Positions 1 to 12,112 of a DNA stretch of 38,968 bases are shown piece by piece; position 1 is the first letter of the stretch; every line of letters starts with the position of its first letter. This DNA comes from Christensenella sp. Lineage in GTDB: Bacteria; Bacillota; Clostridia; Christensenellales; Maliibacteriaceae. A program made the translations under genes and the position numbers. Location: the NCBI GenBank assembly GCA_019420085.1, contig JAHZHV010000234.1, forward strand, positions 1 through 38,968. The letters are read 5' to 3'. Under the pieces are notes generated by a model. The model was not told the origin of the DNA. It searched no databases and worked only from the letters and a program-made list of their open reading frames with translations.

Positions 1-99
1 CATACCCGTGCCGTTATAGTCGGTCATTTCACGGGCAGCACGCTCCAGAACAGGCAGCGGCAGCATCGATGGGCCAGGGGAAAAATTGTATACGCGCAT
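1..99 (-). CDS. serC: phosphoserine aminotransferase, N-terminal 33 codons only (gene runs off the left edge)
   Basis: The reverse complement of 1..99 reads [33 protein letters not shown]. This matches the conserved SerC N-terminus (NFxxGPxxLP ... NGxG). It is absent from the ORF track because it is truncated. Confidence 0.75.
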   Translation of the reverse strand, partial: MRVYNFSPGPSMLPLPVLERAAREMTDYNGTGM

Positions 100-333
100 A
101 ATTGCCTCCTGATTCGTTTCGGATGAAAATCCGTAATTTAATCTTTTGCAGCGGAATATTTTATCAAATCATTCGATATATTCCGAACTTTTATCAAAAG
201 ACTGTTTTTATTTGTTCGTGTCATTGTCGCGCTTTAGCGTGTGACAGTAACGATTATATGCCTGTTCTTCGTGTTTTGCAAGTACTATTTGATGAAATCT
301 ATCTCAAATCGTTCTGGTGCAACGGACAATTCA

Positions 334-363
334 TTGCTGCAAATCCATATCTCATGTTACAAT
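334..363 (+). promoter_or_regulatory. candidate sigma-A promoter for the GNAT gene
   Basis: TTGCTG at 334-339, an 18-nt spacer, and an extended -10 TGtTACAAT ending at 363. It lies about 30 nt upstream of the RBS AGGAGG (386-391). Confidence 0.35.
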
Positions 364-392
364 AAGCGCCATACAACCTACGATCAGGAGGA

Positions 393-878
393 ATGTCCAT
401 GCATCTACAATTCCGCATGGCGCAGCGGCAGGATTGCGGCACGATTTTGCACTTCATCCGCCTGCTGGCCGAATATGAAAAACTGGCCGATCAGGTGCAG
501 GCTGACGAACAGACGCTTGAAACATGGCTGTTTGACCGAAAATCCGCACAGGTTCTCTTTGCATTGGATGGAGAAACGGTAATCGGCTTTGCGCTGTTTT
601 TTTACAACTTCTCTACCTTCATGGGACGCGCAGGTGTTTACCTTGAAGATCTGTTCGTCTTGCCTGCATATCGCGGACAGGGCATCGGGCGCGCGTTGAT
701 GCGCCGTCTGGCGCGCATCGCCTGCGATGAGGGCTGCGGCCGGTTCGAGTGGCAGTGTCTGGACTGGAACGCACCGTCGATCGCCTTTTACCGCAGTCTC
801 GGCGCGCAGTCCATGGACGATTGGACGACATACCGCGTCAGCGGCGAAGCGCTTACCGCGCTTGCCGAAGACGCTTGA
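393..878 (+). CDS. GNAT-family N-acetyltransferase (diamine/spermidine acetyltransferase-like)
   Basis: Carries the acetyl-CoA-binding motif RGQGIGRALMRRL and an SSAT-like layout. The AGGAGG at 386-391 is better spaced for the second ATG at 399, so the true start is probably 399. Confidence 0.85.
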   Translation: MSMHLQFRMAQRQDCGTILHFIRLLAEYEKLADQVQADEQTLETWLFDRKSAQVLFALDGETVIGFALFFYNFSTFMGRAGVYLEDLFVLPAYRGQGIGRALMRRLARIACDEGCGRFEWQCLDWNAPSIAFYRSLGAQSMDDWTTYRVSGEALTALAEDA

Positions 879-930
879 CGGTATAGAGCGGCTGTATTTC
901 GGTACACGGCGCTTTTATACCCTTTCGGGC

Positions 931-969
931 AAAAAAAGGGGGGCATGACAGCGTCATGTCCCCCCCTTT
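931..969. terminator. bidirectional rho-independent terminator
   Basis: An A-run, then GGGGGGCATGAC, loop agc, GTCATGTCCCCCCC, then TTT. It lies directly after the GNAT stop codon. Confidence 0.7.
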
Positions 970-1156
970 GCCTGTGCGCGCTATGCATTTTTTCTTTGCG
1001 GCGCGCCGTTTGTTATCCTTCTGCTGCAACGGCGCGCCAACGCATGCGTCTATCCGGCGTCAGGCAGCCTGCTTTATCGTAAACCGCCGACTTTTCCCAT
1101 ACGTTCTTCCCACAAAAGCAGCCGATCTTTCTTCCCGATAATGTATCTGTATTGGC

Positions 1157-1185
1157 TTGACATATTAGTTTTAACTAACTATTAT
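1157..1185 (+). promoter_or_regulatory. near-consensus sigma-A promoter with an embedded 6-2-6 palindrome
   Basis: TTGACA (1157-1162), exactly 17 nt, then TATTAT (1180-1185). The spacer contains TTAGTT-tt-AACTAA (1165-1178). Confidence 0.55.
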
Positions 1186-1285
1186 GTTGGTATATTGGTA
1201 ATTGTAAATCCGCCTTCTTTTATCTCCGCCGGCACACGCGTCAAAGCAACAGGTACAATCCGGCACAATTGTGAGGTGTAAATGC

Positions 1286-2092
1286 ATGCAGAAATTCGGC
1301 ATTATCGAAGATACGCTATTCATCCCCATGCTGGGCAGAATCTATGCAAGTGAACGGTATCCGCATATTCTGTATGACGAGGCTGCGCTTGCGCTGAAAC
1401 AAAAGCTGCCGAAAGATGTGTTGGAATCGGGCAGGCACAGCCAGTATACGCTGCTTGCTTCAGCCGCGCGGGCAGCTAATATGGATCGATACATCAAAGA
1501 CTTTCTGACGCGTCGGCCCGACGGCATCATCGCACAGCTTGGCTGCGGACTGGAAACGGCTCATTTTCGCAATGAGAACGAAACCACCCGTTGGTATGCC
1601 ATAGATTTACCGAATGTCATCGCCTATCGGCGCTCCCTGCTGCCGCAGGCGCAGCGGGAACATTGCATTGCAGGAAACGCTTTTACTGGGGAATGGATAA
1701 AGCGGATTCGCGCCGATGCACCAAAAGCGCCGCTTCTGGTTACTGCGGGCGGCCTGTTTTACTATTTCCAGGAGGAACGCATTCTTGCGCTTTTGCGCAT
1801 GCTGCAAAAAACCGGAAACGTTGAACTGGTCTTTGACGCAGTTAACCGGCGCGGCATGACCATGCTGCGCCGAAAATACTTAAAGCAAATGGGGCATGCC
1901 CAGGCACAGATGTATTTTTATGTCGATTGCGCCGCAGCGCTGACTGCCAAATTGGATGAATCCGCCTGCGTACTGGCCGACGAACCCTATTACCGGCGCA
2001 TTCCCAAAACGGGACTGCAGCTTTCCACGCAGTGCGCAATGGCCATCTCCGACAAGTTCGGCATGCTCCGGATGATCCAGCTGCGTCTGTAA
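1286..2092 (+). CDS. class I SAM-dependent methyltransferase (TcmP / leucine carboxyl methyltransferase-like)
   Basis: Contains a SAM-binding GxGxD/E-type segment (IAQLGCGLET) and an 'AIDLPNVI' acidic loop. The ORF track starts at GTG 1271, but ATG 1286 has a GAGGTG RBS 7 nt upstream. Confidence 0.75.
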   Translation: MQKFGIIEDTLFIPMLGRIYASERYPHILYDEAALALKQKLPKDVLESGRHSQYTLLASAARAANMDRYIKDFLTRRPDGIIAQLGCGLETAHFRNENETTRWYAIDLPNVIAYRRSLLPQAQREHCIAGNAFTGEWIKRIRADAPKAPLLVTAGGLFYYFQEERILALLRMLQKTGNVELVFDAVNRRGMTMLRRKYLKQMGHAQAQMYFYVDCAAALTAKLDESACVLADEPYYRRIPKTGLQLSTQCAMAISDKFGMLRMIQLRL

Positions 2093-2278
2093 CTGCAATA
2101 GCGCCTCTTTCACACATAGACGGGTCGCTTTATTTCTGTACACATGGATTCCCATGTTTTTCATCCGGCTTTCAAATAAAACACAAAGCATGCCGCGCGG
2201 CAGGAGGACATTCATTTCCCACTGCCGCGCAGGCGCTGTGTACCCATGACCGGATTGGAGGAATCCCGTCAATATCGT

Positions 2279-6540
<4,262 letters not shown>

Positions 6541-6551
6541 TCGGATACCAC

Positions 6552-6591
6552 AAAGATGGGAACCTTTGAAAAAAGGTTCCCATCTTTTTTT
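6552..6591 (+). terminator. rho-independent terminator of nifJ
   Basis: A perfect 16-bp stem (AAAGATGGGAACCTTT / AAAGGTTCCCATCTTT) with loop gaaa, followed by a T-run. Confidence 0.9.
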
Positions 6592-6655
6592 ATGACCTTC
6601 GCATTTCATTGAAAAATATCTGCGTACCGCCGGATATGTCCTGCTTTTACGTACA

Positions 6656-6685
6656 TTGACATTGGCGCATATCACGACCTATAAT
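6656..6685 (+). promoter_or_regulatory. sigma-A promoter of the csoR operon
   Basis: TTGACA (6656-6661), 18 nt, then TATAAT (6680-6685). An ATACCCCT motif lies just downstream at 6695-6702. Confidence 0.55.
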
Positions 6686-6721
6686 CATCCCATGATACCC
6701 CTGAAAGTAGGAGGCTTTGTC

Positions 6722-6997
6722 ATGAAACAATGTATGGACGCTGATAACCTGCATCGCCGGCTGAAAAAAATCATCGGACAGGTGCAGGCCATCGATCGTA
6801 TGATTGATGAGGATATTCCCTGCGAAGATATTCTGATACAATTACATGCTGCAAAAGCTGCGCTCAATCGCGTCGGTCAGGTTGTACTGGAGGGTCATAT
6901 CCAGCACTGTGTCCGCGATGGAATTGAAAACGGCGATGCGGAAGAAACGATTCGACGTTTTACAACTGCCGTGGAACGCTTTGTCGGCATGCAATAG
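6722..6997 (+). CDS. csoR: CsoR/RcnR-family metal-sensing repressor with the CsoR-type C-H-C ligand pattern
   Basis: 91 aa. The Cys(DIPCED)...His(EGH)-x3-Cys(HC) spacing is 25/29 residues, as in Cu(I)-CsoR. The start ATG 6722 follows AGGAGG. The track ORF start at 6656 lies inside the promoter. Confidence 0.85.
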   Translation: MKQCMDADNLHRRLKKIIGQVQAIDRMIDEDIPCEDILIQLHAAKAALNRVGQVVLEGHIQHCVRDGIENGDAEETIRRFTTAVERFVGMQ

Positions 6998-7047
6998 CAA
7001 TAACGCAAACAAATTATACTGCACAAAAACACCCAGGAGAACGGAAA

Positions 7048-7464
7048 ATGAGTCGTCATACAAAACCGATATCTGTAGCAGGGACGCTAACAGGAATCAG
7101 TTTGCTGATTGCATTGGCCGCTTATCCCTGTCTGCCCGAACAAATCCCCATCCAATACAGCGGTGAAGCGGCGGTGCGCCTTGCCGCAAGACTTGTGATT
7201 TTTGCCTATCCGGTAATCTGTGTTGCGATCATCGCATTCCTTCGTCCGGTTCTTGGTGCATGGCTTGCACGGCATTTCCACGCATCCGATGCCATGGATC
7301 TTGCTGCCGCATATCTGTGCTTTGTTGTTCTTTCTTTTGAATTATTTTCAATCCTATTTGCTGTCGGTATCAAAGCAAGTATCGCAGTTGTACTTTTGCT
7401 CGACCTTGCAGTATTTTTCGTTCTTGTTCTTGTATATTACCGGACCCGATTCCATACATCTTAA
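7048..7464 (+). CDS. small integral membrane protein (4 predicted TM helices; DUF1648/SdpI-like N-terminal motif), co-transcribed with csoR
   Basis: Hydrophobic segments run throughout the protein. 'LPEQIPIQYSGEAA' resembles the DUF1648 signature. The RBS is AGGAGAA. Confidence 0.6.
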   Translation: MSRHTKPISVAGTLTGISLLIALAAYPCLPEQIPIQYSGEAAVRLAARLVIFAYPVICVAIIAFLRPVLGAWLARHFHASDAMDLAAAYLCFVVLSFELFSILFAVGIKASIAVVLLLDLAVFFVLVLVYYRTRFHTS

Positions 7465-7487
7465 AAATGATATATTATGAAAGAACT

Positions 7488-7518
7488 CCGCCTGGTTTTT
7501 TCCCTGCGGATCTTTTTT
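7488..7518 (+). terminator. probable terminator between convergent genes
   Basis: An imperfect stem (CCGCCTGG-TTTTTT-CCCTGCGG; 6 of 8 pairs) followed by atcTTTTTT. Confidence 0.45.
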
Positions 7519-7524
7519 ATGCAG

Positions 7525-8133
7525 TCACTTTATGACAATGCGATGCACACACATACCTGTTTTTCCGCATGCCGGACAGGTCAATCTGCGGCGTATGAAC
7601 GTGTGATATCCTTTGACATAAGCCCGCATCGTCGGTACAAACAGCGTCTTACAGTATGGACATTGGTAATATCCCGCACGTATTTCCAGCACTGCCGCAG
7701 CACCAATACCTGCCACAGCAGACGCTGCGGCCAAAATCAGCAGCGCGATACGTGCCAATGTCGGTATCGGCATAAACGACGCAATCATCACAAGCGAAAC
7801 AACTGCAACAACCGTGATCGTGCCGCAAATGATGGATAATACCATGTTTTTTCTGTTCTCTTCATTTTCCCGCATCAAATTCATCATGTTTTCCTCCGCC
7901 TTTTTTTGATACTCTGCCTGTGTGACCTGCATACCTGTCAAAAGATCATTTACCGTAATGTGCAGCGCACTGCAAAGCGGCAACATCAATGACACTTCCG
8001 GCAATCCCTTACCGCATTCCCATTTTGAAACAGTCTTATCGCTGATGGATAGCATATCTGCAAGTTGCCTTTGTGTCATGTCCTGTGTTCGCCGCATTTG
8101 TGCAATAAATCTTCCAATTTTGATCTGATCCAT
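7525..8133 (-). CDS. XRE-family HTH regulator fused to two TM helices and a C-terminal CxxC...CxxC zinc ribbon
   Basis: The N-terminus is an HTH_3 domain (MTQRQLADMLSISDKTVSKWECGKGLPE). It has two hydrophobic helices and a C-terminal CPYC...CPAC motif. The start ATG 8133 follows GGAGGAG. Confidence 0.8.
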   Translation of the reverse strand: MDQIKIGRFIAQMRRTQDMTQRQLADMLSISDKTVSKWECGKGLPEVSLMLPLCSALHITVNDLLTGMQVTQAEYQKKAEENMMNLMRENEENRKNMVLSIICGTITVVAVVSLVMIASFMPIPTLARIALLILAAASAVAGIGAAAVLEIRAGYYQCPYCKTLFVPTMRAYVKGYHTFIRRRLTCPACGKTGMCVHRIVIK

Positions 8134-8376
8134 TCTGTCTCCTCCCGTTTGATTGCTTTTTTGTTTTACCGCAATCCCCACAACATTCTCATCCATCCTG
8201 TGTAAAACACTGCAGCAATTGCCGTATCACCTGTTGCACCTTCAGCATACAAAAAAAGCTCCCGCATTTACACACACGAAACGTAGAGTTCAGCGTAGAT
8301 ACCGCAAAATTCCAATCACACACATGCTTTTTTATTGTGATACTTGACAAAATCATCACCGGGTGCATACTATACT

Positions 8377-8395
8377 TATACCCCCTATAGGTATA
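8377..8395. promoter_or_regulatory. candidate CsoR-type operator in the ATPase promoter
   Basis: A 6-7-6 inverted repeat, TATACC-ccctata-GGTATA. It overlaps a TATAAT hexamer (8392-8397) and lies downstream of TTGACA (8344-8349). It resembles the TACCC..GGGTA operators of Firmicute CsoR. Confidence 0.45.
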
Positions 8396-8428
8396 ATACA
8401 ATCATGCAGACGAACAAAGAGGTATGGT

Positions 8429-10339
8429 ATGCACGCAGTTATAAACGCACTGGAACGCGCGCTGGAATGGGGCGGTACCAAAAAAGATATTGTGCTGCTT
8501 ATTTTTTCCGGTGCTGCACTTGTTATCAGCATTTTCGATCTCATCCCGCTTCCGTTTGACGCAGCTTGGATTGCTATCCTTCTATGCGGAATACCAATTA
8601 TCATCGAAGCATGCATCGGGCTTATTACGGCGTTTGATATCAAAGCCGACGTTCTGGTATCCCTTGCACTGATCGCCGCTGTTGCAATCGGAGAAGATTT
8701 CGCTGCCGGAGAAGTTGCGTTTATCATGCAGCTTGGCGCATTGTTGGAAGATCTGACCGTCGCACGGGCACGCGCAGGGATCGAACGGCTTGTTCGGCTG
8801 ACGCCGCAGACTGCGCGCGTATTGCGCAACGACGATGCCGTTATCATTGAAGCCGAGCAGGTACACGTTGACGATATCCTGCAAGTGCTGCCGGGCGAAA
8901 CGATTCCCGTTGATGGCATCATTGTACAGGGACAAACTACCGTAAATCAGGCTGTTATGACCGGTGAATCATTGCCGGTAGATAAAACTGCCGGCGATAC
9001 GGTATACAGCGGCACTGTCAATCAGTTTGGCGCATTTCAAATGCGTGCAACAAAAGTTGGGCAGGACAGTTCCATTCAGCGTATGATCCGGCTTGTCCAA
9101 TCAGCAGATGCAGGAAAAGCGAAAATTGTCGGCATTGCAGATCGATGGGCAACCTGGATTGTGGTCATTGCACTTTCCGCCGCAGCACTGACATGGTTTT
9201 TCTCCGGTCAAATCATTCGTGCCGTCACAATACTGGTTGTCTTTTGTCCCTGTGCGCTTGTTCTTGCTACGCCGACAGCGATTATGGCAGCAATCGGCAA
9301 TGCAACAAAGCACGGCTTTCTCGTGCGCGTTGGCGATGCCCTGGAACGACTGGCCCAAATAAGCAATATCGCCTTTGATAAAACAGGTACGCTAACATAT
9401 GGCACGCCATCTGTAACGGCAATCCAAAACATGGGTGCTTTTTCACAGCAAACGGTATTTCGCTTTGCCGCCGCTGCCGAACAGCTTTCCGAACATCCTC
9501 TGGGAAAGGCTATTGTACGCTGCTATCAGCAGGACAATACCGACACACTGCCGCCGGCTGCAGACTTTCATATGACGCCCGGCATAGGGATACATGCAAC
9601 GGTTGAAGGACATTTCATCCAAGCCGGCAATGCAAAGATATTAAAACCAAATGAAAGCATACCGTCAATTGACGAAACCGACGGCACGGTGATCTATATT
9701 CGCGTGGATGACGTTTTGGCCGGATATCTTATTCTTTCCGATACAATACGCCCGCAAAGCGTTTCCACAATTGCCGCACTGAAGCGCCTGCATGTCACAC
9801 CGGTTCTTTTAACCGGCGATCATCAACACACCGCCGAAACCATTGCCGCAAAGCTTGGCATCGATCAGATATATGCAAATTGCCTGCCGGAAGAAAAATT
9901 ACAGCATATCGCCGACATGCAGCAATCCGGTCTTCACGTCGGTATGATCGGTGACGGTATCAACGACGCGCCGGCACTCAAACGCGCCGATGTCGGCATT
10001 GCCATGGGCGGTGTGGGCAGCGATATTGCCATTGATGCAGCCGATATCGCACTGGTTAAAGATGAAATCGATCAGCTGCCGCATCTTATGGCATTGTCAA
10101 AGCGCATGATGCGTACCATTCACCTGAATTTAATCTTTTCTATGGCTTTGAATTTCCTGGCAATCGTTTTGGCCATCACCGGATTGCTTGGTCCCGTCGT
10201 GGGCGCGCTTGTTCACAACGCAGGCTCCGTCGCTGTAATCGTAAGTTCCGCATTTCTGCTTCGATGGGAAAATCGAAATCCATTGCAGGCGAGCGCTTCT
10301 GTACAAAAAGTTGCAAGCACATCCAACACCAACGTATAA
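8429..10339 (+). CDS. heavy-metal-translocating P1B-type ATPase without an N-terminal metal-binding domain
   Basis: Contains TGES, the TM CPC motif (VVFCPCALVLATP), DKTGT and GDGINDAPAL. The start ATG 8429 follows AAAGAGG. There is no CxxC HMA domain. The last TM motif is HNAGS. Confidence 0.92.
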   Translation: MHAVINALERALEWGGTKKDIVLLIFSGAALVISIFDLIPLPFDAAWIAILLCGIPIIIEACIGLITAFDIKADVLVSLALIAAVAIGEDFAAGEVAFIMQLGALLEDLTVARARAGIERLVRLTPQTARVLRNDDAVIIEAEQVHVDDILQVLPGETIPVDGIIVQGQTTVNQAVMTGESLPVDKTAGDTVYSGTVNQFGAFQMRATKVGQDSSIQRMIRLVQSADAGKAKIVGIADRWATWIVVIALSAAALTWFFSGQIIRAVTILVVFCPCALVLATPTAIMAAIGNATKHGFLVRVGDALERLAQISNIAFDKTGTLTYGTPSVTAIQNMGAFSQQTVFRFAAAAEQLSEHPLGKAIVRCYQQDNTDTLPPAADFHMTPGIGIHATVEGHFIQAGNAKILKPNESIPSIDETDGTVIYIRVDDVLAGYLILSDTIRPQSVSTIAALKRLHVTPVLLTGDHQHTAETIAAKLGIDQIYANCLPEEKLQHIADMQQSGLHVGMIGDGINDAPALKRADVGIAMGGVGSDIAIDAADIALVKDEIDQLPHLMALSKRMMRTIHLNLIFSMALNFLAIVLAITGLLGPVVGALVHNAGSVAVIVSSAFLLRWENRNPLQASASVQKVASTSNTNV

Positions 10340-10345
10340 CCGATA

Positions 10346-10373
10346 ATACCCCTGCTTCACCCTGCAGGGGTAT
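10346..10373. other. 10-bp-arm palindrome after the ATPase stop (terminator-like hairpin lacking a U-tract)
   Basis: ATACCCCTGC-ttcaccct-GCAGGGGTAT. Its arms carry the same ATACCCC/GGGGTAT words as the putative CsoR boxes. Confidence 0.4.
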
Positions 10374-10482
10374 CACTGTGTAAACGCATCGCATGGAAAT
10401 CATCCCAATCATTGCCAAAGCATGGCCGGCATGATAGCATAGAAAGCGGAATGATGTCAAAAAAACAGAGGCGATTGGTATC

Positions 10483-11436
10483 ATGCGATTTATCTGGATT
10501 GTGTTTGCCTTCCTTGCAGCAGCATACATACTCATTGGCATTTTTGTCTTTCTGGTTGCATATGTGCGCCGGTTCCCCATTGCGACGCGCTTTCAAAGCA
10601 GCGAAGTGCGCAAATTGCGCCAAACCTATGCTCCACAGCTGACCCATGCACGGGACTATACGTCAAATCTTCCCCAGCAACAACTCTGTTTAACTGCGCG
10701 TGATGGCATTCGTCTGCATGCCGTTCACATTCCTGCCGGCGAAAACAGCCGCGGCGTTATACTGATGATTCATGGTTTTCGTGCCGAAAGCGGACCATAT
10801 GACATGTGCTGCGCAATGGAAGCGCTGCATGACGATCATTGGGACGTCGTTGTACCCGATCTGCGCGGGCATGGCAAAAGCGGCGGTGCATTCTTAGGCT
10901 TTGCGGCGGCAGATCGCTTCGATGTCTGCGACTGGTGTCATCTGATCGACGAAACATTGCATCCGAAAAACCTGTTCTTGGATGGCATTTCCATGGGCGC
11001 TGCAACGGTTTTGGGCACAAGTGAATTGCCGCTTCCCGATTGTATGCGCGGCATCATTGCCGACTGCGGTTTTACAGACGCACGTTCACAAATGAAACAG
11101 ATGATCCATGCGCGTCTGCATATCCCCGCACTGCCTGCGCTGCTTGTCACATCATTATTGGCACGCATTTTTACCGGTTACGGACTGTGGGCGCTGGATA
11201 CAACACGTGCATTGCAGCATAACTGTTATCCTGTTTTTTTTGCGCATGGTGAACGCGACGGTTTCGTATCCTGCGACATGACACGCCGCAATTATGCTGC
11301 CTGTACGGCAGAAAAAGAAGTCTTATACGTGCCAAATGCCGGACACGGAGCAAGTTTTCTGGTTGAACATGAGGAATATCTGCGCCGTCTGCGCGCTTTT
11401 CTTGCACGTTATGAAAAAAAGGAAACAACCATATGA
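10483..11436 (+). CDS. membrane-anchored alpha/beta hydrolase (S9/BAAT-like serine hydrolase)
   Basis: Has an N-terminal TM helix, an HGF oxyanion segment, the nucleophile elbow GISMG, and late D (ERDGFV) and H (AGHG) residues. Confidence 0.85.
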   Translation: MRFIWIVFAFLAAAYILIGIFVFLVAYVRRFPIATRFQSSEVRKLRQTYAPQLTHARDYTSNLPQQQLCLTARDGIRLHAVHIPAGENSRGVILMIHGFRAESGPYDMCCAMEALHDDHWDVVVPDLRGHGKSGGAFLGFAAADRFDVCDWCHLIDETLHPKNLFLDGISMGAATVLGTSELPLPDCMRGIIADCGFTDARSQMKQMIHARLHIPALPALLVTSLLARIFTGYGLWALDTTRALQHNCYPVFFAHGERDGFVSCDMTRRNYAACTAEKEVLYVPNAGHGASFLVEHEEYLRRLRAFLARYEKKETTI

Positions 11437-12056
11437 CGACTTACGCAAGCTATAAAGACGCATGGCGCACCGCCTGTAGCCGAGATGGTCTGGAGGCCTG
11501 CATACGCCGTTATTTGATCGTAAGCCGCCGTGCAAATTTCGTACCGGTTAAGGCACTGGCACTTGCTGCATACGAAGCGCGAAACGGTTTCCCGCTTCGC
11601 ATGACTCTGATACAGAATGTACACACGGTATGCGCGCTGGCACACAGCGATCCGCTGTCGCTGTTTGCACAGTCCCAATGGATAAACAACCCTTATAAAT
11701 GCAATGAAAACGACGGATGTAAACCCGAAGACGCCGCCTGGCTGACAGCAGATTTTGTCCATGAGTGCAACAGCTTTGGTACAGGCAATCCTCTGTTTTA
11801 CACGGCCTATCTCATAGGCACTTTTTGCCGCATTGCACCGTTTCAGACGGAAAACCTTCCATGTGCACTTGTACTTGCCACACACTATTTGCTCGCACAT
11901 GGTCTGGCCCCCATCCTCTTCTTTGACGATATGCAGTCCGCCTTTGAACATGCTTCCAAGATCTATATGGAATGCGAAGATGTGCATCCACTGCGCAAGA
12001 CACTTATGCAGGCTGCTGCGCGCAGTAAAGGACCATTATGTCTTGAAAGATTTTAA
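11433..12056 (+). CDS. hypothetical protein; possible degenerate Fic-fold protein
   Basis: The ATG overlaps the hydrolase stop (ATGA). The ORF ends just before a strong terminator. The segment IAPFQTENLPCALVLATHYLLAHGLAPILF aligns by eye to the Fic core IHPFxDGNGRxxRLL....G.PPI, with the catalytic residues replaced. Confidence 0.55.
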   Translation: MTTYASYKDAWRTACSRDGLEACIRRYLIVSRRANFVPVKALALAAYEARNGFPLRMTLIQNVHTVCALAHSDPLSLFAQSQWINNPYKCNENDGCKPEDAAWLTADFVHECNSFGTGNPLFYTAYLIGTFCRIAPFQTENLPCALVLATHYLLAHGLAPILFFDDMQSAFEHASKIYMECEDVHPLRKTLMQAAARSKGPLCLERF

Positions 12057-12060
12057 ACAC

Positions 12061-12103
12061 AAACGCGTCCGGTGTACAAAACACACCGGACGCGTTTCTT
12101 TTT
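12061..12103. terminator. bidirectional rho-independent terminator
   Basis: A perfect 15-bp stem (AAACGCGTCCGGTGT / ACACCGGACGCGTTT) followed by cTTTTT. It lies between convergent genes. Confidence 0.9.
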
Positions 12104-12112
12104 ATGGAATAA

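Noticed and set aside
102-582. ORFs of 87 and 113 aa in the serC-GNAT intergenic region
   Set aside because: They lie in an AT-rich divergent promoter region, have no RBS, and one overlaps the GNAT start in another frame. I also looked here for a T-box or other leader for serC and saw no conserved T-box sequence.
2093-2278. Hairpins between the convergent methyltransferase and cotF genes (GCGCGGCAG-n17-CTGCCGCGC; GGATT-ggagg-AATCC)
   Set aside because: The stems exist but neither is followed by a U-tract on either strand. The evidence is insufficient to call terminators.
8356-8935. 188-aa and 117-aa minus-strand ORFs at the ATPase 5' end, and the 5' extension of the ATPase ORF to 8363
   Set aside because: The minus ORFs are antisense to conserved ATPase sequence. 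The extension (MHTILIPPIGII...) covers the promoter/operator, and the RBS-supported start is 8429.
11409-11987. 192-aa minus-strand ORF opposite the hypothetical 207-aa gene
   Set aside because: The plus-strand ORF has ATGA coupling to the upstream hydrolase and stops right before a strong terminator. The minus ORF has no RBS and would read through the hydrolase 3' end. The choice is not fully certain because neither has confirmed homology.
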